Shown piece after piece: positions 19,824-32,832 of a stretch of DNA of 64,000 nucleotides. How positions within the stretch are numbered: position 1 is the first letter of the stretch; each line of letters opens with the position of its first letter. A program made the translations under genes and the position numbers. The notes below the pieces were generated by a model. That model made no database searches. It saw only the letters and a list, made by a program, of their open reading frames with translations, and was not told where the DNA came from. The stretch comes from Sedimentisphaerales bacterium (GTDB lineage Bacteria; Planctomycetota; Phycisphaerae; Sedimentisphaerales; SM23-30), in NCBI GenBank assembly GCA_963663965.2, contig CAXXFK010000002.1, positions 1 through 64,000 on the forward strand. The letters are read 5' to 3'.

Positions 19824-21044
19824 ATGAAAGTCAAACGTCGCGAATTTCTGGCTGAGTGTCTGGCGTTAGGAGTAGCAGGGTGTTCGGGGATTCGTCGTGA
19901 GCATACGCCCCGCCAGATCGATCAATGGAAATCGGAGTTGGCAAGACATAAGATTGCCGGATTGGAAGTTGGGACGGTACAGATGCGCTGGCCCCGACTG
20001 GTTGGTAAAAATTCACGTCTGGATGTACACGGACGCGGCCCCCAAGTGACGGTTGGTCAATTGACCACAGATCAGGGCGCATCGGGCTGGGGAATGTTTC
20101 TGGCGGGCGGAGCGGAAGGCTCGCGTGTTCTGGAACGTTTTAAAGGGAAAGCCGTTACAGATCTGTTCGATCCGGGATTTGGAATAACCGTCGCCGATGC
20201 CCGGCCGCTGGATTTTGCCTTGCATGACCTGGCCGGAATGATTTTAGGGATTCCGGTTTATGAAATGCTGGGGCACCGAGGTCCGGATGCGACTTTGTGT
20301 TATAGCGGGATGATTTATTTTGATGATCTGGAACCCCCGGATCATCCGGCGGGAATTGATCAAGTGCTGGACAATTGCCAGTTTGATGTCGACTATGGAT
20401 ATCGGCAGCTCAAAGTGAAGATCGGGCGGGGAAATAAATGGATGGAGAAGCAGGAGGGAATCCAGCGAGATATCGAGGTTACCCGTGCGATTGCCAGACA
20501 TTTTCCACAGGTGGATATTCTGGTCGATGGTAATGACGGATTTACCTGTGATGAGTTCATTCAATACCTGGAGGGGATTGAAGAGGTGCCGTTATTCTGG
20601 ATTGAAGAGCCATTTGCCGAAGCGTTTGATGATTATGCCCAGTTGCGGACCTGGCTAAAAGCCAATGGGAAACGAAAGACTTTGCTGGCCGATGGTGAGT
20701 ATCGAACCGACATGGTTTTGTTATATGAATTGCTGCGAAGGGGATTAATCGATGTCAGTCTGCCGGATATCTGTGGACTGGGTTTCACGCCCTGGCGGCA
20801 GTTGATCGGTCAGATGAAGGCGATTGGCGCGACCACCTCTCCGCATGCCTGGGGAGAGCGACTGAAAACCAATTATATCGCCCATCTGTCAACCGGATTG
20901 GGAAATGTGGTTACGATCGAAGGGGTGACCTGTGCCTGCGATGAAGTCGATTTTGGCGATTATCAACTGATTAACGGGAAGCTCATGCCATCACCGGCGC
21001 CTGGCTTTGGCATGAAATTGCTGGGTATGAAACCCGTTAAGTAG
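19824..21044 (+). CDS. mandelate racemase/muconate lactonizing enzyme family protein with Tat/lipoprotein signal
   Basis: KRREFL...AGC; ALHDLAG, KVKIG, VDGN, WIEEP, ADGE, PHAW. Confidence 0.85.
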   Translation: MKVKRREFLAECLALGVAGCSGIRREHTPRQIDQWKSELARHKIAGLEVGTVQMRWPRLVGKNSRLDVHGRGPQVTVGQLTTDQGASGWGMFLAGGAEGSRVLERFKGKAVTDLFDPGFGITVADARPLDFALHDLAGMILGIPVYEMLGHRGPDATLCYSGMIYFDDLEPPDHPAGIDQVLDNCQFDVDYGYRQLKVKIGRGNKWMEKQEGIQRDIEVTRAIARHFPQVDILVDGNDGFTCDEFIQYLEGIEEVPLFWIEEPFAEAFDDYAQLRTWLKANGKRKTLLADGEYRTDMVLLYELLRRGLIDVSLPDICGLGFTPWRQLIGQMKAIGATTSPHAWGERLKTNYIAHLSTGLGNVVTIEGVTCACDEVDFGDYQLINGKLMPSPAPGFGMKLLGMKPVK

Positions 21045-21213
21045 GGTGGCAACAATCGCCTGAAGCCATGGCCCAATACGATGTTTATGAATAACAGAAT
21101 GCGCGGGATCAGGCCCACGCCAGCGGGAAGCAAATCACATCGCCTGCGGTTGTGCCCGGGATAACGCCGGTGAATCTGTCAAGTGAGTTCATGTTGGTCA
21201 TAATGGATCAAGG

Positions 21214-21828
21214 TTATCTTCCCAGATAGTACCGTAATATGCCATCTTTAACTACTTTGCCATGGCATGCATCGGGGATCGGTTCACCCGGATGAGTGAA
21301 CTGAAGTCCCCATCCAAGCAAGAAGGGATGAGTATTCAAGTGGACTTGTATAAACAGCCCACGCTCTGATATCGTGTTGTCCTTTTTGTCTTTTAGAATT
21401 GTGGGACAAGAATCGATCAGTCGTATTTGGTTATTCCAAAGTGCCGATTTGATAGGATAGTATCTCGTGCCCGCTTTATAGTCATGCGGTTCAATTAATT
21501 CTTCGATTGGTCTGTCGATAAGCGCTAAGGCCCATTGTTGGAGCGAATCAAGGCCTCCTGTGTGGTGAAGAAGATACGCAATGCCTAAGTTCAAGGGATT
21601 TAAAAAAAGAGATAACAAGACAGGAGCCAGGATGATTGTAAAGCCATGTACGATTCGCCTGGCCCTAAATTTCATGCTGCGTCCTGACCTGATAAACAAG
21701 GATATCGACAAGACGATTAAACTGGCCAGATAAATCAGAAAAACAAAAGGCATTAGAGCGAATCCGAAAAAATCAAATTCTAAATTGGCTCCCCAGCAGA
21801 ACCATACCAGCCACATGTACAGGAGCAT
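21214..21828 (-). CDS. hypothetical membrane protein (paralogue of 28579..29280); true start probably near 21905 across a poly-A slip
   Basis: Three TM segments; WGAN, TGG...W and WGL motifs shared with 28579..29280. Confidence 0.7.
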   Translation of the reverse strand: MLLYMWLVWFCWGANLEFDFFGFALMPFVFLIYLASLIVLSISLFIRSGRSMKFRARRIVHGFTIILAPVLLSLFLNPLNLGIAYLLHHTGGLDSLQQWALALIDRPIEELIEPHDYKAGTRYYPIKSALWNNQIRLIDSCPTILKDKKDNTISERGLFIQVHLNTHPFLLGWGLQFTHPGEPIPDACHGKVVKDGILRYYLGR

Positions 21829-21957
21829 GGCATGTACGATCCAAGCGAACAGGATGTCTGATGTTTTTTCATTTCAGGTTCTGCTTGATCGCTTTTGTCA
21901 GGCATGGACCAACTCCAATGTCGTATTATCGTCCGGTGACTCTCGATAGCATTAAGT

Positions 21958-22701
21958 TCAATTTTCCGGTTCTTTATGTTCAGTCAGTTCATCAGGGGTG
22001 TCGCTGGTGTTAGCGCAGGTCGTTGCCAGTTTGGGATAGCGTACCAGGATGGTTGATCCGGCTTTGATGGTATCGCCGGGTTTGGTGAGGATCTGGGGTT
22101 TGGGTTCGGCGGGCAGATACAGTTCGGTGCGGGAGCCGAATTTGATCATGCCATATTTGTGACCAGCCTCAAAGAACTGGCCGATCTGGCAGGGGCAGAC
22201 GATGCGGCGGGCGATGGCGCCGGTGATCTGTTTGACGATGACCTTGCCGGCGGGGTGGTTGGGGCAGTCCAGGCCAATTGTGGTCGACTGATTTTTTTGA
22301 GAGCAGGCTTCCGTATTCAGTGCGTTCAGGCAAAGGCCGGGTTTCTCCTGTTTCCAGGCAACTCTGCCGGCACAAGGTGTCCGGTTAATATGGACATTAA
22401 AAACACTGAGAAAAATACCAATACGGATTGCCGGACCTTGGATAAAGTTCTGTTCCTCAACTTCGATAATATCGGTGATTTTTCCATCAGCGGGAGCCAG
22501 TAGAATATCGTCATCAGTGGGTAATGTTCTTTCCGGATCGCGAAAAAAGGAAAAGGAAAAGAGCACTAGCAGGATAAGAGGGATCTGAGGCCAGGGTGTG
22601 GCTATGGGCCAGACAATATGACATAGGCCGGCGGCAAGCATCAGGATCACCGGGATGACTGCCACTTGCGGCATACCATAGGGGGTTAGTGTAACTTTCA
22701 T
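21958..22701 (-). CDS. psd: phosphatidylserine decarboxylase proenzyme
   Basis: FFRDPER, APADG, FLSVFNVHINR, GAIARRI, KFGSRT self-cleavage motif. Confidence 0.93.
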   Translation of the reverse strand: MKVTLTPYGMPQVAVIPVILMLAAGLCHIVWPIATPWPQIPLILLVLFSFSFFRDPERTLPTDDDILLAPADGKITDIIEVEEQNFIQGPAIRIGIFLSVFNVHINRTPCAGRVAWKQEKPGLCLNALNTEACSQKNQSTTIGLDCPNHPAGKVIVKQITGAIARRIVCPCQIGQFFEAGHKYGMIKFGSRTELYLPAEPKPQILTKPGDTIKAGSTILVRYPKLATTCANTSDTPDELTEHKEPEN

Positions 22702-22873
22702 ATTTCATTCCTATTCGGGTTAATTGGTACTACTTAAGGATATTAAATTGCGGGTAGATTACAATTTTTTTTTGCATGGACTGCCTGAATCCGTTATGAT
22801 TTTATCGCGCCGCGATGGAGACATCGTTACCGGTACATCCATTTGGCGGTATTAATAGTTGATTTTAATGTAA

Positions 22874-24199
<1,326 letters not shown>

Positions 24200-24230
24200 G
24201 AACCAATACAATTTTGACGCTAAATCTCTC

Positions 24231-24267
24231 AAGCACGTCTTTGCTTAAAAGGGCGTGCTTTTTCTTT
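24231..24267 (+). terminator. intrinsic terminator after eno
   Basis: AAGCACGTCTTT...AAAGGGCGTGCTT followed by a T run. Confidence 0.7.
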
Positions 24268-24343
24268 GGCTGGTTCTCCCGGTTGCTTGAATAAAAAACG
24301 CAATAGTTCATAGATTTAATCGCTGATCAACGATAAAAATGAT

Positions 24344-24862
24344 ATGTCAAGTTCTCAGTCATATAATCAGCTGCTTGATCCGATGGTACGATTCTTTGGA
24401 TTTATGATCTTTAGTACCATTGGCATGGGGATCATTGCGCTGGTTATTCTGGCCGGGCCCATCACTCAATATTATTCCGATCATGCTATTCTTACTACCT
24501 ATCGTAAAGACATTGAAGCGCTGGAGAAAGTCTGCGATCAACATCGCCAATTATTAGCCAACCTGGACGATCCATCCGTCATGGAACGAGCGGCGATCAA
24601 TTATTTGAATTATGTTCCCGGTGATGTTGATCCATCAAAAGTAACGACATTGCCAGAACCCTGGCCAGCCCTGAAACAAGCTCTGGCCATGGTGCGTAAA
24701 GATGATATTTTACCCGCCCCGACTCTCCTGCAAGCGTCAACCCGGATCATTAGTGAAAATTCATCCTATCAAATATTACTGATGGCATTTGGGACAGCCT
24801 TAATCGTTGTCAGTATGACGTGTTTTTGCCGGGCCAATCCAGCATCGGCTGTCAGAAAATGA
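24344..24862 (+). CDS. FtsB/DivIC-like (septum formation initiator) membrane protein with an extra C-terminal TM
   Basis: TM + coiled coil + LDDPSVMERAA..YLNYVPG; eno-adjacent position. Confidence 0.5.
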   Translation: MSSSQSYNQLLDPMVRFFGFMIFSTIGMGIIALVILAGPITQYYSDHAILTTYRKDIEALEKVCDQHRQLLANLDDPSVMERAAINYLNYVPGDVDPSKVTTLPEPWPALKQALAMVRKDDILPAPTLLQASTRIISENSSYQILLMAFGTALIVVSMTCFCRANPASAVRK

Positions 24863-24867
24863 CAGAG

Positions 24868-26301
24868 TCATATAGCTTTTTCCGGTCTATATCGACTAAT
24901 TATCTCAGCAATTTTACCGGGCAGGATCGATCTGACTTTATGGCGTAAACGGTATTTACGATCAAATTCAAGCAGTAGGGTTTTATGCCGCCTGATAATA
25001 TCAGCCGTGTGAAAATCCGGAGTTTCAATTTTTACTGCCGGCCACAAATCTCGATCATTTCCGGTCAGGTAATGGTGTTCTCTGCAATAACGATTCAATT
25101 CGGTTCCGGGATACGGTTGGGCGTAAAGAAAAATAAAGTTTGCGACACCCCAGTCACGCAATTGGCGATAATATTCAAATGCGGTTTTAAAGCGTTCTTC
25201 CGTTTCGCCAGGATATCCGATCATAACCATAATATCGACCGGCAGGCCAATATCTATTGCATTCCAGACCGCTCTTTCAAATTTCTCGATATCCATTTTT
25301 TTACACATGGATTCTCTGATTGCTGGATCACCATGTTCTAATGCGTAAGTGATTCGAGTACACCCACTTCTTAGCATCAGTTTGAGCATCTCGCGATCAA
25401 CGGTTTCACACCGGATGCCATTGGGAATTTCCCAGGTTAGATCAATATGATGCTGATATCTAAGGGCGGTCATTCCATTAAATATTTCTTTGGCTCTTTT
25501 GCGATTAAGGGTGAGATTGTCATCTTCAAATTCAAGATGTCTGATGCCATAAGTTTCTATCAGATGCTGAATTTCAATCAAGACATTTTCAGAAGATCGT
25601 CCACGCCATCGATAGCCACTGACCGGGTGTACCGCACAAAAACGGCATTTCCATGGACAACCCCGGCTTGTTATGATGCATGCGGTTTGTTTATGGCTGG
25701 TCCGGCGTTGAGATAACTTAAGATAGTGTTGCATCGGCAAGAGATCTCGTGCAGGAAGAGGGATATCATCCAGATGTTCAACCTGCCAGGCTTTGCCAGC
25801 CAGATTTGGTGATGGCCGTTTACGGGTTAGAATGCCATTAAGTGTTTCAGGAGGATGCCCGTCAGCGAGCGCCATTAAACAATACTCGCCTTCACCAATC
25901 AACCAGTAGTCAGCCAGAGAGGTTTTAAAATCATCCGGACAAGATGATGGATGAATCCCTCCCATAATCACCGGAATATTAGCAAAAACAGATTTAATTG
26001 CCTTACAGGTAAGCTCTGCTTCTTCAGCCAGATGCGAGAAGGGGACCGTTATGCCAATCAGGCCGGTATCCGGTGCAATTCTTTTAATTATTTCCGGGAA
26101 GGGCAGCCCAATCCGGATGAGATGATCATCCACTGTCTCTGAATATCGATAGCCTTCAGCCAAGGCATCAATAATATAGGGAGTATGCTTGCTATATTTA
26201 CGTAAATATGATGCCAGATAGGCTAAACCCAAGTTATTTGAAAAGACGATGTCTGCCCTGGATAGAAAGCGCCAAGCGGGATTGATTAAGCATACTTTCA
26301 T
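24868..26301 (-). CDS. B12-binding radical SAM protein
   Basis: LGLAYLAS, GGIHPS, GEGE, SRGCPWKCRFC, FEDDN, GYPGET. Confidence 0.92.
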   Translation of the reverse strand: MKVCLINPAWRFLSRADIVFSNNLGLAYLASYLRKYSKHTPYIIDALAEGYRYSETVDDHLIRIGLPFPEIIKRIAPDTGLIGITVPFSHLAEEAELTCKAIKSVFANIPVIMGGIHPSSCPDDFKTSLADYWLIGEGEYCLMALADGHPPETLNGILTRKRPSPNLAGKAWQVEHLDDIPLPARDLLPMQHYLKLSQRRTSHKQTACIITSRGCPWKCRFCAVHPVSGYRWRGRSSENVLIEIQHLIETYGIRHLEFEDDNLTLNRKRAKEIFNGMTALRYQHHIDLTWEIPNGIRCETVDREMLKLMLRSGCTRITYALEHGDPAIRESMCKKMDIEKFERAVWNAIDIGLPVDIMVMIGYPGETEERFKTAFEYYRQLRDWGVANFIFLYAQPYPGTELNRYCREHHYLTGNDRDLWPAVKIETPDFHTADIIRRHKTLLLEFDRKYRLRHKVRSILPGKIAEIISRYRPEKAI

Positions 26302-26563
26302 AATTGCCCTTCAAAACAGACTGGGATCATTATAACTATCGGACATTTATCAGGCAAGCTTTATATTTTCGGGAACTTGATATGAAAAGGCCCATTTTAG
26401 AATCTATCGGGATAGTTATAAAAAAAACTGTTTTTTCCGGTGTAAATCCGATAGAATTGAACGAATCGAAATTGTAAGATTTTAATTGAAAATATATTAT
26501 ATTTAATATGATAGCCATTTATAATAAAATAATGTACAGATTTGAGATAAAAAGTAAACAGGA

Positions 26564-26824
26564 ATGCCAATGATAGCAGTATTGATGGGACCGGGTGAAA
26601 TCGGCATTATTGTTATTATGGCGGTTTTGTTAACTATCCTGGTATTAAGAGACCGAAAATCCGTACAGCAGGCTATCGAGCATCGAAAAGCCAGTCAAAA
26701 GCCCCAGTCATTTCTGTCAATGCAGATAGTTATTGGTATTCTGGTTATCGTAGTGATCGTGTTATCATTGATCCTGGCCTGGGTGCTTAAACACTGGCAA
26801 AATCAGGACTCCAAACTTATTTAG
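26564..26824 (+). CDS. small two-TM hypothetical protein
   Basis: 86-aa ORF with two hydrophobic helices. Confidence 0.55.
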   Translation: MPMIAVLMGPGEIGIIVIMAVLLTILVLRDRKSVQQAIEHRKASQKPQSFLSMQIVIGILVIVVIVLSLILAWVLKHWQNQDSKLI

Positions 26825-26860
26825 AATTCTATCCGCTTTAGACCTAGTAATAAAAATTAT

Positions 26861-27511
26861 ATGAAGATAACAATTAATGATAATCCAATTGATCGTTCCT
26901 TTTCAGATAAAATGCATTTAGGTGATGTTCTCAATATAATACAGTCTGACATGGTTTCGTCTCAGGATGTTATCACGACTATTCATATTAATGGCCAGGA
27001 ATTACAAGCCGGACAATTAACCGAATGGCAAGACAGATTTCTTTGTGAGTTCAAGAGTATTAATATTGAGATTATGGCTAAAACGTTATTTGCCTCTTCG
27101 GGTTTGCGGATAATGGCAGGTCATTTGGAAGAAAGTGAGGCCTTACGTAATCAAGTGGTTGATGCCCTCGCACAGGGACAATCGCAAAAAGCGATGCAAC
27201 TGTTAAGCGATTATCTGCAACTCTGGGATATGGTCCAGAAGACATTGATCAGCGCATGTCATTTAATGGATGTGGATCTGGAAAATACAGATTTTGAAAT
27301 AGAAGGCATAAAAGTCTCCGAGGTGATTGCCAGATTGACAGAACAACTGGAACAAATAAAAATGACATTGGAGGCGGGAGATTCTGTGATGTTGGGCGAT
27401 ATTATGGATTATGAATTTGGAGAGATTTGCGAGGGCTGGTGTGTGGTCATGCATCAGTTGTCTGACCAGTTTGAGCAACGGGATGATTCCAGTCATTCTG
27501 ATTTTGAATAA
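26861..27511 (+). CDS. hypothetical protein
   Basis: 216-aa ORF; beta-rich N-terminus and helical C-terminus ending LGDIMDYE. Confidence 0.7.
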   Translation: MKITINDNPIDRSFSDKMHLGDVLNIIQSDMVSSQDVITTIHINGQELQAGQLTEWQDRFLCEFKSINIEIMAKTLFASSGLRIMAGHLEESEALRNQVVDALAQGQSQKAMQLLSDYLQLWDMVQKTLISACHLMDVDLENTDFEIEGIKVSEVIARLTEQLEQIKMTLEAGDSVMLGDIMDYEFGEICEGWCVVMHQLSDQFEQRDDSSHSDFE

Positions 27512-27891
27512 ATTTGACTTTGGGAATCTGGAATTATTTATAGATTATTAGGCCGATAATATTAATTACAGGTCTCATTCATAGTTGATATGATATCGCA
27601 TTAACGATATCGCGCAATCATCAAAAACCAAAGCTGATGGAGCTGAACGAACTCGACAAATGGTGATCGCATGCAGCATCTGGCGGAGCGCCTGAGAGGA
27701 TTAGTAAGCCCATTTAGGATTATCAATGTTACCGACCCGGTATAAGTCGCGTTAGAAAGCAACAAGGCAGGGAAAATGAGTATTACGGCGTCAGGAGGAG
27801 ATACACAGGAAACCGCCCGACAAACTACAGGGCCGTTGTCTGGGAAGAAGGTTCGACATCGCCATATTCACCCCGCGATACCGAGCCGTTT

Positions 27892-28572
27892 TTACGGGTG
27901 TTTTATAGCAGCCTTTTTGATGCGTTGAATCGCTTCGATGGGATTGGGAGCGCCAAAGATATAACTGCCAGCCACGAGTGTGTCTGCACCGGCTCGAGTA
28001 ATCAGCGGGGTGGTTTCATGGTCGATGCCACCGTCTACCTGTAATCGTTGATCTGGCCGAAGCATGGCGCGAAGTTGTTCGCAGCGGGTGATACTATCCA
28101 TGATAAATGATTGGCCGCCAAAGCCAGGCTCTACGGTCATCAATAAGACCATGTCAACCAGATCGATGATTGACTTGAGTGATTCAACCGGAGTTTTGGG
28201 TTTAATGGAAACGCCCACCGAGATATTAAGGTTACGCAACTGGGAAATAATGGCTTTGGGATCCGTTGTGGTTTCCAGATGGAATGTGATTCCATCCGCC
28301 CCCGCCTTGATAAATTGCGGGGCATAGGTTGCCGGATCGGATATCATCAAGTGGACATCAAAAAACAGTTTGCTGCAGGGCCTCAACCACTTGACCAGGA
28401 CGGGTCCAAAGGTCATATTGGGAACAAAATGACCATCCATGACATCCAGGTGAAGCATGTTGACCTGCGGTTCGACCTGGGCGACATGATCGGCCAGATG
28501 GGCGAAATCGGCGCTGAGGATGGATGGGCAGATTTCGAGGGATGGATTGGATGGGAGTTGGTGTTTAGTCAT
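27892..28572 (-). CDS. rpe: ribulose-phosphate 3-epimerase
   Basis: PSILSADF, HLDVMDGHFVPN, DVHLM, MTVEPGFGGQ, VDGGI. Confidence 0.97.
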   Translation of the reverse strand: MTKHQLPSNPSLEICPSILSADFAHLADHVAQVEPQVNMLHLDVMDGHFVPNMTFGPVLVKWLRPCSKLFFDVHLMISDPATYAPQFIKAGADGITFHLETTTDPKAIISQLRNLNISVGVSIKPKTPVESLKSIIDLVDMVLLMTVEPGFGGQSFIMDSITRCEQLRAMLRPDQRLQVDGGIDHETTPLITRAGADTLVAGSYIFGAPNPIEAIQRIKKAAIKHP

Positions 28573-28578
28573 GATATA

Positions 28579-29280
28579 TTATCCACAGAATTGAAAAAAA
28601 TGGATGCCTTTATATAATTGGATTGGGTATCGCTCTAAGTCAGTTGGGGGAGAGTCTGGTTCGAATATTATCAGGCCCCAATGACCGATAAAGCCTCCTC
28701 CGCCTTTCATAATAAGCCAAATGTATGGTGACTCGTCTTCCTTCCTGATGAGGTCAATGCTATAGGTTACGCCCTCATTATGATCATAACAATTGATAAT
28801 AGTTTTTATACGGTTACTGATATAAGTTTCTTTAATCCCGCTGTCATTGTCGCCTATAACAACAGAATCGGGATCTTTCTTAAGAATATTCATTCCCCAT
28901 TCAAAAATTGATTTTATTCCACCGGTTTTCCAGATCATATATCTGGCGCCATAAGCAGTTGGGCTGCCAATAATATGTGATGAGAATGGGATGAGGATCA
29001 GAAGAATAATAAGGAACCATCTGGTCATTCTGCCTGATGGGGTGATAATGTTAAAGGGCATTAACAGATTGCAGGTCATTTTCAAAACTGCAATTACCCA
29101 GATTATTATTCCGCCAATAATGATAAATGGGAATATGATGAACAGGGAAAAGTTAAAATTGGCACCCCAACTGAATAATTCGTACCAGAACGAAGCATAA
29201 CACAAAAAAAATATTATGCTTAATACAACATCGGTTTTTTTAACAGATTTCACCTCAGAAGAATTATGCATATCTATCAT
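28579..29280 (-). CDS. hypothetical membrane protein (paralogue of 21214..21828), AT-rich
   Basis: Three TM segments; WGAN, TGG...W and WGL motifs. Confidence 0.7.
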   Translation of the reverse strand: MIDMHNSSEVKSVKKTDVVLSIIFFLCYASFWYELFSWGANFNFSLFIIFPFIIIGGIIIWVIAVLKMTCNLLMPFNIITPSGRMTRWFLIILLILIPFSSHIIGSPTAYGARYMIWKTGGIKSIFEWGMNILKKDPDSVVIGDNDSGIKETYISNRIKTIINCYDHNEGVTYSIDLIRKEDESPYIWLIMKGGGGFIGHWGLIIFEPDSPPTDLERYPIQLYKGIHFFQFCG

Positions 29281-29310
29281 ATGTTAGGCAGGATTCGTTT
29301 TATGTATACG

Positions 29311-29348
29311 AAAAAAGGCATGCGCCGGTGAAGGGAGCATGCCTTTTT
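29311..29348 (-). terminator. intrinsic terminator after pgk
   Basis: AAAAAGGCATGC...GCATGCCTTTTT. Confidence 0.75.
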
Positions 29349-29362
29349 ATTCGGGTTATAAA

Positions 29363-30562
29363 TTATTTGTCGTCGAGAATTTCCAGGCAGGTAAAGGGTT
29401 TGCCTTCGAGGAATTCGAGGCTGGCGCCGCCGCCGGTGGAAATGTGGCTCATTTTTTCGCCCAGGCCCATCTGTTCGACAGCTGCGGCGCTGTCGCCGCC
29501 GCCAATAATACTGATGGCGCCATTGTCAGTTGCGTCGGCAATGGCCTGAGCCACGGCACGGGTACCGGCGTCAAAGGGTTCCATTTCAAAGACACCCATC
29601 GGGCCGTTCCAAACGATGGTTTTGGCATCGGTAATCTTGCTGGTGAATAATTTGCGAGTTTCCGGACCGATATCCAATCCCTGCCAGCCTTCAGCGATAT
29701 TACCGGAATTGACTTTGTTTTCAGCATTGGCTTTGAATTCCTGCGCGATGACATTGTCGACGGGCAGAACGATTTCGCAACCTTTCGTTTTGGCAGTAGT
29801 TAATAGATTTAAAGCGATGTCCAGTTTGTCGTCTTCACAAATGCTGCCACCGATTTCCAGGCCCTGCGCCTTAAAGAAGGTGTAGGCCATTCCGCCACCA
29901 ATCAGGATCCGATCCACTTTATTGATCAAATTCTCGATTACCAGGATTTTATCGCTGACTTTGGCGCCACCCAGAATCGCAACGAAAGGACGTTGGGGAT
30001 TTGAGAGTGCATCGCCTAAATATTTAATTTCTTTTTCAATCAGGAAGCCGCAAACCCGGTTGCCGGCACCCAACGCCGCGGGTACTCCATACATAGAAGC
30101 ATGTTCGCGATGTGCCGTGCCAAAGGCATCATTGACATAGATGTCGGCCAGCTTGGCTAATTGCTCTGAGAATTCCGGAAAGTTTTTGGTTTCGCCTTTA
30201 TGGAATCGAACATTTTCCAGCAGGATGACATCGCCATCTTTCATCGCGTTAACCATGCTTTCAACTTCCGGACCCACACAATCGGGAGCCATTTTCACCG
30301 GTTTGCCCAGTAGCTCACCCAGCCGTTTGGCACAAGGAGCCAGAGAGTATTTGGGATCAGGATCACCCTTGGGACGGCCCAGATGTGATGCGAGTATCAA
30401 GCGGCCCCCCCCTTTGACAGCCGTTTCAATACTAGGAAGGGCCATCTGGATACGACGGTCATTCGTGATGTTGCCGGTATCGTCCAGGGGTACATTAAAA
30501 TCAACGCGCATAAAGACGCGTTTGCCCTTAACATCAATATCAGCTATAGTTTTCTTTGCCAT
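29363..30562 (-). CDS. pgk: phosphoglycerate kinase
   Basis: [38 protein letters not shown]; start at MAKKT. Confidence 0.98.
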   Translation of the reverse strand: MAKKTIADIDVKGKRVFMRVDFNVPLDDTGNITNDRRIQMALPSIETAVKGGGRLILASHLGRPKGDPDPKYSLAPCAKRLGELLGKPVKMAPDCVGPEVESMVNAMKDGDVILLENVRFHKGETKNFPEFSEQLAKLADIYVNDAFGTAHREHASMYGVPAALGAGNRVCGFLIEKEIKYLGDALSNPQRPFVAILGGAKVSDKILVIENLINKVDRILIGGGMAYTFFKAQGLEIGGSICEDDKLDIALNLLTTAKTKGCEIVLPVDNVIAQEFKANAENKVNSGNIAEGWQGLDIGPETRKLFTSKITDAKTIVWNGPMGVFEMEPFDAGTRAVAQAIADATDNGAISIIGGGDSAAAVEQMGLGEKMSHISTGGGASLEFLEGKPFTCLEILDDK

Positions 30563-30714
30563 AAATATATACCTTTCGTAATTGTCCCGTACAGGCCGGT
30601 TCCACGGGAACGGGGCCGATCTATTTATCAGAACAGGGAATCGAAACGGCAAGACAAACGACCGGGAACGCGGCTCTCCCCTGTGATCTTAACTTGTAAA
30701 GCGTTATTCAAGAA

Positions 30715-30742
30715 CGACCCGCAACTTGACAGTTGCGGGTCG
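30715..30742 (-). terminator. hairpin 3' of gap (terminator or stabiliser)
   Basis: CGACCCGCAACT-TGAC-AGTTGCGGGTCG. Confidence 0.6.
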
Positions 30743-30756
30743 CTTGATTCGTTGTT

Positions 30757-31821
<1,065 letters not shown>

Positions 31822-32832
31822 TCATAAAAAGTTAATACTAAATTCAGGCTTATTTCTGAACTCCAAGTCACTTGATAATTAATTTTGGAGTGCAGTTGCA
31901 GCTACTCGCAACGGAATTTTAAGGATAGCGATAATATGCTGGCTGTCAAGTGATTTATGGCCTTCCCGGCTTATCCAAACCCCTGAGAAAAGTTATCTGA
32001 AATAAAGTTAAATTGAAATTTGAAATTCTCTATGCGTTCAATAAATGTAAAAAGGAGAAAAGTAAGATAAAATGTGAATATTGGAAATGATTTAATGGCA
32101 GTTATGTTTATTGATTGGATTCAATAAGTGAGAATGTTGTATTTTTGGTGAAAAAATGTGTAATTTTGATTGGCATTGCGTAGTATCCAGGTTTTTCTTT
32201 TTAAGTGCTTTATTTTCAGCGGAATAGGAATATTTCTCCTTATTAAGAATGAGTATATTGTTGATGGGCAACTTATAGGAGCTTTCTTACTGGTATTTCC
32301 AGATCTTCTGAGGATTTTAAGTAAGATTTGAAGAGAGTATAAAAAACCCTGATCGATCGCAATATAAGTAATTGCTCGTAAAAGACTTAGTTTGCGGACC
32401 AGCGGGCATTTTTAATCGTAAACGGTATGAATGACAATTAAAATTGGATCATAATGGTATTACGAATAGTTTATTGCGTCATAACACGTTGGATATAATA
32501 GGATTATGCGATATAAAAGTTATGATGTTTACAGCTTGTAAGGGCTTAAGACGGAATGGGGTAATACCGGAGGATGTAAAAACTGCTGAATTAGTTAATC
32601 TGGGCAATTAAAAGAGCATGTATTTTTTATAATAAGCATCAACATAACAGATAATTACTAGAAAAATTATGCCGAATTTTAGTTATAAGAGATTTATTTT
32701 CAATATCTTAGAGTAAGATAAATCGTGTATTAAGATTGTGGTATTGTTTTGAATTCTAAATCCTGTTATAATTACGAGTTGGTAGTATTACCCATTGATA
32801 AGATTACACGTTGATAATAATTTTATAATACA

